NCBI GenBank assembly: GCA_047495785.1
Contig: JBLDXI010000028.1
Span: forward strand, 744,001-808,000
Length of the DNA stretch: 64,000 nt
Direction: 5' to 3'
Source: Lepidodermella squamata
Lineage: Eukaryota > Animalia > Gastrotricha
The stretch's first letter is position 1, and every line of letters begins with the position of its first letter. Shown piece after piece: positions 25,243 through 35,272 of this stretch. Both the position numbers and the translations under genes were made by a program. The notes under the pieces were generated by a model. The model worked only from the letters and a program-made list of their open reading frames with translations. It had not been told where the DNA came from and made no database searches.

Positions 25243-27609
25243 ATGGCATCTCTTTTTGACTTGATTTTGAGTGAACCTTTGGAAGAAATCAGTGATTTGG
25301 CTGCGTTTTTCATATATCGAGAAAGTGACGCCTGTGTATTGCTTCAAAAGCTATCAGATGGTCGAGGATGGTGGCTGCCATGCTTCAAGGTTAACGAAGA
25401 TTTAGTTGATAACAACACCGTTTTTAAGGAACTTGGCCTCAAAGGACAAATAGCCGGCATTCGGTGCGTCCGAACGTGGCATTTTGCCAAGAATAGAGAA
25501 AAGTCAATTCTGTTGATCCATCAGTTCAAATTAGACGAATCATTTGACTCAGAGAAGCTCAGATGGATGACAGCAGCTGAAATGCGGTCGCTACGCTTCG
25601 ATGAACCTTTATTAAATGAAGACCCGATTCGTCTTGCCGAGGCGACACTTAGAACTGAGCAGACACTGATAAAGTGCATTGAACTTGCAGCTGAAATCGG
25701 TACAAAAGTTGATACACAATGGAAAGTTGGTTCGAAGCAAATATCGGAATTATTGCCTGGTGCAATACCAATTCCTCATCTCCATCGATTTTATATCTCA
25801 AAATGCTGGCCTGGGGAAGAAATGACGTATCATACATTCAGAGCCGTCATTTCCTGCATTTTAAGCCCGGCCAAAGGCAGCGAAGATGAAAACTTCCGAA
25901 AGTTGTGGCACGCGTTTACTTCTAACAATTCAATATCTCAAATTCGCTTGGAATTCGGCGATTTCGTCAATGCTATTGCAATGTTGGAATTCAATGCCTT
26001 GAGCCATCAGTACTTTGATGTCAAACTGCAGATGATGTACAGATTCTTCGCTTCTGTTAACAAATACGGAGAGCGAGAGTTGACTCAAAATAATCTCGAA
26101 TTTTTCAAGTCAAGATTGGCTGACAATGCGGACAAAGAAGTAGCGGCTGGTTCCCTTGTTATTCCCGATGGGCAATGCTCCGTCTCGATAGGATCTCTTG
26201 CTGACATTGTGAGGCAGAACTACATGGATGCCTTCAGGAAATTCAAATTCGCTGAGAAGAAGGCGTTGAAGAAACCTATTTCAGCGGCAAAGTCCCCGAA
26301 AAATCGAGAGATCAAGCACCGGAAAACTACCAGCCTCCGAAGTCACATCGTAACTCTACGAAGAACTTCAAACCAAGCAACCTTGGAGACATCTCCGATA
26401 AGTTCAATAATTTCCGCAATTCTCGAATTTCCAGACAGCAAAAAGGAATCAGATCAGCTGACGAAAGAGATGCTGCATCTTTTAGCGGAGCATCTCGTAG
26501 AGGAACGATGTGTGACTTCTAACAAAGGAGCTGCTAATTCGATGTTTTCCTTTGTCTTCAAATGGAAGACTCATTCGAGTCATCAGCATTTCCTTCAACT
26601 GTTACCTCGGCTCATTGATAGTGCAGAGCCGATTTTCGCATCGGAGCCACGATTATTGCGGCTAGACTCCCCGATTTACATCTCAGGAGATTTTCACGGC
26701 AATTTTCACGACTTGAGCACAATCGCACAGGTTCTTTGGCGTCATGGTCCAGCGATTTGCCCGGCAAAACTGTTGTTCCTCGGTGATTATGTTGATCGAG
26801 GGCCCAACTCTCTGGAAGTCTTAGGTTACCTCCTAGCTCAGAAGATTTTATCTCCTAATCGAGTTTATCTCATAAGAGGGAATCACGATGACCCTAATAC
26901 GAATTCTGACTTTTCACATTCTTGCTCTGAGGCGTTTCTTGCCGCGTATAAAGATGAGAAGACGGAAAATTTGGCGCGTCAAATGTGGATCCGTGTCAAT
27001 TGGATGTTCTCAGCTCTACCTTTAGCTGCTATAATTGACAATGCCACGTTTTGCTCGCATTCCGGAATTCCATCGCCTCGCTGTGGTGTCAAATCCCTTG
27101 AAGATATCAACAGATTGATTCCGAATAGATTGGAAGCCATTTCTGAGAACTCTTTAGCGCTAGAATTGTGTCTAAACGATCCAATGTTGCCAGAGCATTC
27201 GAAACTACCAGAAGTTCTGGATGATATCGATAACCATAGAGATGGCTTTTCTGTCAACATTCAACGGTCCAGTCCAATGAAGCGCGACGAGCGGATTCTT
27301 TACTTCACGACATCAGCTTTTAGCAAGTTCATGACTGAGCAAAATCTGCAATTCTTTGTCAGAGCTCAGGAAAGTTATCGACGTGGCTGTGTTGGCCACG
27401 ATAGCCGGATGTTGACAGTCTCGTGTTCCGAGTCAGCTTTCAGCGCTACTTGCCTTCTTGTTGACAAAGATTTCGTTCAAATTTTACGAATCAATACCCA
27501 GCTGATGGCTCGCGATGTTAACAGTCCATCTTCTCCGATGAGCTTGCATCTATTCGAACCACCTGTTAATGTTTTGAATGTTAAAAAGGATCCCCCAAAA
27601 GTAAGATGA
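25243..27609 (+). CDS. PPP-family Ser/Thr phosphatase with Nudix-like and EF-hand-like N-terminal regions, intronless
   Basis: GDFHGN, GDYVDRGPNSLEV, LIRGNHD, CSHSGIP; N-terminal VLLQK..GRGWWLP Nudix-like start; LEFGDFVNAI and KLQMMYRFF are EF-hand-like. Confidence 0.85.
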   Translation: MASLFDLILSEPLEEISDLAAFFIYRESDACVLLQKLSDGRGWWLPCFKVNEDLVDNNTVFKELGLKGQIAGIRCVRTWHFAKNREKSILLIHQFKLDESFDSEKLRWMTAAEMRSLRFDEPLLNEDPIRLAEATLRTEQTLIKCIELAAEIGTKVDTQWKVGSKQISELLPGAIPIPHLHRFYISKCWPGEEMTYHTFRAVISCILSPAKGSEDENFRKLWHAFTSNNSISQIRLEFGDFVNAIAMLEFNALSHQYFDVKLQMMYRFFASVNKYGERELTQNNLEFFKSRLADNADKEVAAGSLVIPDGQCSVSIGSLADIVRQNYMDAFRKFKFAEKKALKKPISAAKSPKNREIKHRKTTSLRSHIVTLRRTSNQATLETSPISSIISAILEFPDSKKESDQLTKEMLHLLAEHLVEERCVTSNKGAANSMFSFVFKWKTHSSHQHFLQLLPRLIDSAEPIFASEPRLLRLDSPIYISGDFHGNFHDLSTIAQVLWRHGPAICPAKLLFLGDYVDRGPNSLEVLGYLLAQKILSPNRVYLIRGNHDDPNTNSDFSHSCSEAFLAAYKDEKTENLARQMWIRVNWMFSALPLAAIIDNATFCSHSGIPSPRCGVKSLEDINRLIPNRLEAISENSLALELCLNDPMLPEHSKLPEVLDDIDNHRDGFSVNIQRSSPMKRDERILYFTTSAFSKFMTEQNLQFFVRAQESYRRGCVGHDSRMLTVSCSESAFSATCLLVDKDFVQILRINTQLMARDVNSPSSPMSLHLFEPPVNVLNVKKDPPKVR

Positions 27610-27844
27610 CCGATAAAAAGATGTTAATGAATATATTTGGAATATAAAATGTGCATAGGTGCTACAAAGATCTACAAACAACTTTATTGGCTATAAGACG
27701 GCTACAACTCGTATCCTACCCCCGATTGCTATTGATCAACTGGAAAAGACTCCGCGGTTGCTCGTCAATTCCAGTCCTATCAATCCTCCGAAATAAGAAT
27801 GTTCTTATTGAGGCAGAATTATGGCGACTCTGTTCGTAATAAAG

Positions 27845-28260
27845 AATTCAATTTCTGACTGCACGATAACTGAGATATTAGTTCGTTCAGTTCTCGAAAT
27901 GAAGGCCGTTCACTAGCTTGCTGATGCCAAAATTTCTTTAGAATTCCTTCGTAAACAGGTTCAGGGCATTTGTTTGGTTTGCTCTGGATGTGTCCGGATG
28001 TTATTCGAGCAACTACAGTAGCGTCCAAACCATCATGAGGAATTTTTTCACACTCTGTTCGTTTATAGCATAACTAATGTTACCTGCTAAAACAGGTCAG
28101 GAATGTTTTACCTGAAAAACCTCCCCCGCTGTAACTCCAAAAGACCCAACATCACTTTTTGGTAGAAATTTTGCTAGATTCGACGGATAAGTTTGGTGCT
28201 ATTGACAGTACATCCACTTTAACTTCAATTGCAAAGCCCGGTAATTTCTGGCAAAATGAA
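27845..28260 (-). pseudogene. Tyrosine-kinase C-lobe relic
   Basis: KFLPKSDVGSFGVTAGEVF (subdomain IX, both Trp changed to Gly), an intron-like gap, then PHDGL..SKPNKCPEPVY..FWHQQASERPSFREL; frameshifted and no N-lobe. Confidence 0.7.
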
Positions 28261-28499
28261 CGTGAGGTTGAGAATAGTTTAATGAACACGAAACTTTCGA
28301 AATTATATAGCTCAATCTTTATTTCAAATGCTAATGTGTATACAACTTGCAAAGAAAAAAATGCACTCTCTCATTCCCGCTTTCTTGATATGATCTGAAA
28401 TTTGAGGTTTAGGGGTTAGGTTCATCACCACAAATGGGCTCTTCAGTTAAGTGGTTACCTGCGTAAAAGTACGGGTTGTCTTATAGTCGCAGATATTAT

Positions 28500-28669
28500 C
28501 GTTAGCGACGCGCCAAAACAACCACTTAGACGACTCATTCGATCGTACTTTGACGTACTTTGAGCACTGATCGTACCGAAATTTCACATTTACGTTCAAT
28601 AAGGGTCGAACGTACTTACCATAAAAAAGCTATTAATAGTAAAGTGGTTGTTTTGGCGCGTCGCTAACG
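28500..28669. mobile_element. 170-bp MITE with 28-bp perfect TIRs and a TTAT target-site duplication
   Basis: CGTTAGCGACGCGCCAAAACAACCACTT (28500-28527) and its exact reverse complement (28642-28669); TTAT at 28496-28499 and 28670-28673. Confidence 0.75.
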
Positions 28670-28997
28670 TTATTAGCCTCGCGCCTCGCGCAGAAATGGA
28701 AAACGCCATTTAAACGAGCGGGATAAATGTACCCCTCCTTAAGCATCGGTGACCATTTTGATTGAAAATTTTGATATCGCGAGATATTCAAATATGTAAG
28801 ATGCGTCTTTTTAATTTCTTTCGAGATGTCGTTTAGTGAACATGGCGATTTTCCCGCGCCGATGACGAACTGATACAATCCATTCAATGGCTATCATCAA
28901 AACAACACTTTCGAATGCATCGAAACAAGCAAAATATAATTTATAAAATGAATATTAGTGAAGGTATCTTAGGTTGACGCGAAGTTTATTCTTCATT

Positions 28998-31900
28998 TTA
29001 ATTTTCCGAGAGTTCGGTTTCGCATATGAACCATGACAATGCGGAACATGGCTGGTCCGACCAAGGGGCCCCTATTCCAAATTGGCCCATGTGAGCACAC
29101 GCCGGACCATTGACGTCCGGCTGAGAGGAATGCCAGCGATTAAAACTGTATATTTCGCCATTTACCCAAGTGTAGTCGTCCGGCATCGTGCCCATAAGGC
29201 CAATGCGATATCCGTTCATGGGGGTTATGTTTCTCCCTGAGAAAGAAAAAAAGAAAATTGGGCATAGTGAGCGTTAACTTGTAAAATCTTCGTGCACGAA
29301 CTGAAGTAAGGCATTATCAAGCCGGTCAGAAACGTGTGTTCTTCAGATGATGTTACAGTAACCAGATGCCAAGAGTTCGAGAAACAAATTGCAGCAGCGT
29401 CCGAGAAGTTCTTCATCAAGCGATAGATTTTGTAACAGCTTCCGCGATAATAGCTTTCGCACCCTGGACAATCAGAAATTCTATTAACACTGATTACATA
29501 TGCAAAAATGTTTGGGGCGCTTTTGAGGCCCCGGTGGGTCTACAAATTATCTATAATATAGTCTATAACTGCCTAGAAGTAGAAGGACATCAGAAACCTT
29601 CGTTAGTCGGACCTATTGACTGTACTAGCCATGGAATTGCTCAAAAATATTAATAATTTGTTAGGACTCCACAGAAAAAGCTGTTTCTAATTATGTTTCT
29701 CGGCAAATTACTTGAGGATTTAAGACTTACATGAATCGACAGGCATCGAGCACAAAGCATTCGCAGTGCTGTACAGTGTTTCGGCCGTCCAGCTGTAGCC
29801 ATCTTCCTGTGATGAGTCATACGTCAGAGCTGCATACTGAAATGCATCGCTGGAAACATCTACACCGTCACTCCAATCAGCTTCCGCTGTTAATATCAAT
29901 TTTAAACGTCGGCCTGTTTACGAAAGTATGTAAAGATTACCACACATCGGCACATCGCACGTTTCGACATCACCAGTGTCATCTCGAATACACCAAACGC
30001 CATCCTGGCTAACAAACGCATCGGGATTTCTGCAGTACGAATGATCGGTGTGTTGTTCTGGAAAACTTCGCCATTGCGCAGCGTAACTTGTCGATGCCCA
30101 GTTCCTGCATGGCGCCCCAGAGGATGTGGACGATAGCTGGCCAATGTATTCGGCTCCTGGTGGGGTGAGACGACAGGTTGTTGGCCAAGATTGAGATGTT
30201 GCTGCGAAATAAGGAAGTACTACGTTCAATAATTATGTACATAATGCAAGGACTGACGTGTCTCGCAAAAATAACAACGATTCAAGTTGCATTTCCCATC
30301 GCTCATGTAGGAGCTCTCAGTTTGGTTTGCGCCTGGACTGACCATGACGGCACAGTCCTTCCCGGGTCCACCGTTGGTATATCTGGGAGATTCGAAATGT
30401 TTAAAAAGAATGAAAATTGAGTTTGGCTTAGCACTGAACTGATCGATTGCGTATGCCCCGAAGAAGGTTGTATTTAAAGAACCGAAACTGCGGCTAATAA
30501 ACTTTTTGGTAACAAGTGCCGCGGTAGTCCGAAAAGGTTGAGGAATGTCTTCTTATTATATTCACACACACGACAATGGTACTGGTCACAAATTCATTAT
30601 TGAAATTTGAGTTACATGGAAATTTTCGCCGCATGAGGTAAGTGAAAATCAAGATGCTATCAGGTTTCATTGTCCGGTCTAGCGCAGTTTTTACTAATTC
30701 CTCTGAAAATATGAATCACCACACTTTTAAAATTCCATATTTTTGGACTTCAATGTAAAACTCGCGAGGGCTGGAAATGCTCGTTTTTGGCTCCTTGTTT
30801 TGGCTCTAAATAACTTTCGCCAGCAAACTTCAAACGTACCCAGCTTGGAAAGGCATTCTTTCGTAAATCGGATCAGTTAGGTCTTCCTTGTCGTAAAGAG
30901 TTCGAAAAACGCCTTCGACATCAGCATCAGTCATATCAACGTGAAGTTTTGCATAAGTGCTGCCTCTGCTCACTAAAGAGTATGCCATCAGCGACTTCTG
31001 GCTGTGTTCAACTGGACGATACAATATCCCACCCGTCTGACGGCACTGGCCATGAGCCGAAGTCCAATTCATTGTGACGAGATTCGAAACCAAGCAGATA
31101 TCGTGGTAGCGCATGCCTTTGATACAAGGCGGGCTTTCAATATCCTTCAAGTAGTACAGAGAATCGTCCGCCGCCGCGCTGTAATTTTTTGTATCAGTAA
31201 AGGCCCCATAAAATTGGCATCGATTGTTTTGACTTGGCGTATGAACATAGCCTACACAGTTCATTCGATCTCGACACGTCTTATCGCAGGCGTATCGATT
31301 CAAGCCGTATGAAGGCGAAAATGTGTTGGAGTCAAGTCGTACACCTAATTCCAGAGACGGTGGTCGGCGATTGAAATCCTTTTCATAGGTCCAGAGATCG
31401 GCGGAGAGGGTGCCAGTCGCAAAGTCACAAGTTCTTCGTTTCAATGAGCACTCTAACGTTCTGTGGTTATATGTGAACGACACGCAATTTTCTTTGTAAG
31501 ATTTGTCGCATTTAGCTGCACATTCCTCCAAAGTTGCTGGTATCGACTGAGGAAGAAGATCTGAACCCTGGCATTCGCCGCGAATCCTTACATATCCCTT
31601 AAGTTCTAGACAGGGGAATTTCTGCAATTCTTGGAGAAGTTAAAATTTTTAGGAAGAATACCTTGAACAGATCTTGGCCAAAGTTCGTTGTCAAATTTGG
31701 AATACCCGGTCCACCACTTGATTGAAGCCGGGTAATTTTCACTCAGAATCTCGTACAACGAATCACGCTGCTCCGCTGATTGAAACGTCACTAGTTCCGA
31801 CATGTGCGCTTCGTCGCAAACTTTCCAAGCAAGCGGCCGCTTCAGTGTTTGTGAACTCATTAGATAACACCTTAGAGAAGATGGGTCGGAGACCCATCCT

Positions 31901-32277
31901 GAAGGACACCACGATCTCTATAGAATTAACAGAAAATAACTATGCCTAAGGTCTGAAGCTATACTTACGCGGAAATTCATTGAATACATGCCATTATCGG
32001 TATCAGCTGCTAATTCCGGCAGCGGGGTTGTCAAATCTTGGTGTTCGAACAGCTTGCAAGTCCCCAGCTTCTCACTGAAGGCAAAACTACTGCACTGGTC
32101 GCCATATTGCTCGCAGGTGGCAGCGCATTCGCCTTTGATCTGAGAAGGAATCTCGAGGAAAGCCTCAATTTGGCTTGGCAACTTGTTCTCAAAATCAGAA
32201 TAGACCAGCCATTCTTCGCCTGAAATTCCGGCTGATAGAAACAAAAATATGACGAATTTTATCGTGTTAAATTTCAT
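28998..32277 (-). CDS. Secreted multidomain protein: signal peptide, PAN, partial C-type lectin, PAN x2, C-type lectin, kringle, C-type lectin (QPD); about 8 exons
   Basis: MKFNTIKFVIFLFLSAGISG signal peptide; C..C..C.SF....C.L PAN motifs; kringle EYIGQLSSTSSGAPCRNW..YCRNPD..WC..CDVPMC; terminal CLECT WHSSQPD..C..WSDQPC..FICE; exons join in frame. Confidence 0.85.
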
Positions 32278-33090
32278 CGCGCTGAAAAATAAAATAAATG
32301 GTGCAACTTTGCAAAATATCAAATCGGTTTTTGTTATGTTGAAACGGGTTGTCAATCTTTTTGTTCCTTTTGCTGGAGGTGTTTGGAGGCATTGGTTTCA
32401 CACCAACGCGAACCTATGGAATTGATTAAAAATCTATTACTAGCTTCCCGGACTAGGCGGTTGCGCGTTAATTCTGGTCCAATCGATCCTCCGAAATAAG
32501 AATATTATTGAACTTCCGTTCATTTCTGGCTGCACGATAGCTGAGCTTTGGGCGCGTTCAGTTGTTCTTGAAATGACGGCCATTACCACCCGTGAACTTC
32601 TCAAACCGAACGTAGTAACACGAATACAAAGTCAGAAAGTTTCTTATACGAAAAAACGAAAAACTTTTCTATTATACTGTATATGCGCCTGTTTTATTCT
32701 TTGTTCAAGTCAGTTTAGTTGTCAGTGGTCCCTTATAAATGTATTTGTTTGCATTCTAATTATAATGAACCGCTTGGAACATAATCGCATTTATTGGATA
32801 TTATCACGGTGGATGTAGTTCCGAAAGAATACCTGTTATTTGTAGCAAAACCAATCATACCTTTGCCATGCTTTTTATTAACCATATTATATATCGAAAG
32901 GTGATTGTGATGTGAAAAAGACATGCAAATAACTTCGGAACAAGGCGCGAAATGAAAAATGTTGGCAAGAATAATATATGAGAAATTATTTCAAAACAGT
33001 GCATTAAATAGTGATGATATTGGCTTAAACATAGAACTAAATGAATCAGAAGAGTATGTGTTCATTTAATTTATATAGCTTTAATTCGGT

Positions 33091-33615
33091 TTAATCGAGT
33101 GGCGAGGCATGAGTAGCCAGACTGCCGTCGTGCAAGACAACTATGTCAATTCGAAACTCTTCACACCATTTGTTAGTGACGAATAGGGGGAAGTAATCAT
33201 CGATGCTGACAGCTTCTTCTTGAGTGCCTGATAATGGCGATGAGAATGACTTGACACGCTTGTCGAGTAGGACATTGCCTAGAAATCGCTGCCGGTTTTG
33301 TTCATGGAACTCAGCATTGATCTCGGCATCGAATTCATGCAGAATGGGACGCCAGCAGTCCCAAGAATATTGCTCGGCTTGATTTTGATCGTATCCAATG
33401 GGTATTAGCCAAGGCGCTAGTCCAATCGCTGCCAACCAACCACCACCACTAACAGCAGTAGCAGTGGCTCCTGTAAGAACGGTTCCAGCAGTTCCTGCAG
33501 CGGCAGCAGTTCCTGCAGCGGCAGCTGTTCCGGCAGCGGCAGCAGTACCACCTATTGCTAAGGCGGGACCTGCGATTGCGACGACTGGAGCTGCAATGGC
33601 CAAAGTAAGTACCAT
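33091..33615 (-). CDS. Small intronless uncharacterised protein with an Ala/Gly-rich hydrophobic N-terminus and a YSWDCWRPILH domain
   Basis: 174-aa ATG-initiated ORF with an internal 18-bp (GTAAAA) repeat x3; motif series WDCWRPILH, D.RVK, NKWCEEFRID, LATHA. Confidence 0.75.
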   Translation of the reverse strand: MVLTLAIAAPVVAIAGPALAIGGTAAAAGTAAAAGTAAAAGTAGTVLTGATATAVSGGGWLAAIGLAPWLIPIGYDQNQAEQYSWDCWRPILHEFDAEINAEFHEQNRQRFLGNVLLDKRVKSFSSPLSGTQEEAVSIDDYFPLFVTNKWCEEFRIDIVVLHDGSLATHASPLD

Positions 33616-35272
33616 GTTTTCAACAAGAAATATATATGTTAAAGATATACGAAATTACATGTGGATCATAGGTTTATATATGCGTATAAACTTAGCAGAA
33701 AACATGGCTGTTATCTTGAAATATGAATTTCACTCATTATTGAAAGTGGATCATCAGACTGATAAAGGATAAAAGATGAAAGGAAGACAAGAGATAAGAT
33801 AAAATCATACTTAGGTATACTTAGCTACTTATCATAAAGGAGCGTCGCGCCGCTTCTTTTGTGGCAATTTCCCGACAATTTATATTTGTCGAGTGATTCC
33901 ACCACACAAATAAAACGAAAAGATAAGAAGCGCCGACACAACAAAATAATGAATGACATGTTCCGATTCTCAACTTTTGAACCTCGTTTCGTTCAGTCAA
34001 ACGTGCAAGAAAAGTGTTCCTGCATACTAAGCCATGCTAGATTACTTTCCTCCTCAACTCGTACCGCGCCTGGAGCGCCCAGCGGGGGCCCTGACTGAGA
34101 TCACCCGTTGAAATTTGAATTTTAAATTGAAATTAAAATTAACCATCCACCACAAAAATAGCTAAAGCGTTTGTTATCCTGCATCATAGATAATAGTTAC
34201 GCGTTGCCTTTTTGAGTAACCTTCTCAAACCGAACTTCGTAAAAAGAAGAACAAGTCAACAAGTTTCTTTCTTTTTTATTTTCCGCACGTTCCATCTTTT
34301 TTTAAGATCATCAAAATCCACGTGAAAACTAATTTTCTATGCTATGTATATAATTCGAGTAAAGCCGAAATTTCATCAATCCGATTGTTTTTTACATCAT
34401 AAAACAGAAAATCAGTAATATATCAAGGAGCAAGATGAGAAAAAGCGCCGATTTTCTATTGGAGGCGCTATTTCAAGAGCATAATATAAATTGAAACAAT
34501 GCGCAGATTCAGGATCCATTTTGAACTCGAAGAAACAAAGACCCGGAGCAAGTTTACGAAAAATTGATTCAACAGTAGGATGCGCGAATTTTTCAGTCTC
34601 GCACGTAAGAACAATCATAAAATCGGCAACAAATAAAACAAATTGAGAGAAAGAAAAAGATTTGTTTCGCATGATATCAACGTATAAGAAAGAGTTTCGT
34701 GGCTAAAAATACTTTTTTCATTTTTTTCAAGCATGATTTATTATCATTTTATAACAATTATCTGATTGTTGTTTCCGAAGTGGCATACATTTTTGGCGTT
34801 TTACAAACGACGACAACAAATACTTCAGGTGATTGTAAAGACAGGTTTTTGTAATACATAGAAAAAGAAAATCAATTTTTGGCGATATACCCAACATTGT
34901 AATTTTTGGAAGAAATTTACAATAAAAACGGAGCTTTATATTATCATACACTTTATTCAAATTGGTTAAGTATGATCAAATTTTTTACTAAGATAACAGA
35001 GGCTTGAAAGCACCAAAAGCGTGTCGTTGAAAAATGAATCATGATCAAATCCAAATTCGACAAAAAATTGAAAATTTTTGAATTTCGAAATTTTCAAAAA
35101 AAATGAATTTCTCTCAAATTTTTTCTCGAATTAGGATTGAAAAATATTCCGATTTTTTTCCTCATTGGATAAAATCGGCGACGAGAACCAACAGACAATG
35201 AAGTACAAAAGAAAACGCGAAAAATCAGCAACAATTAAGGGACATATTTTTTGCTCAAATTTTTCCCCATTT

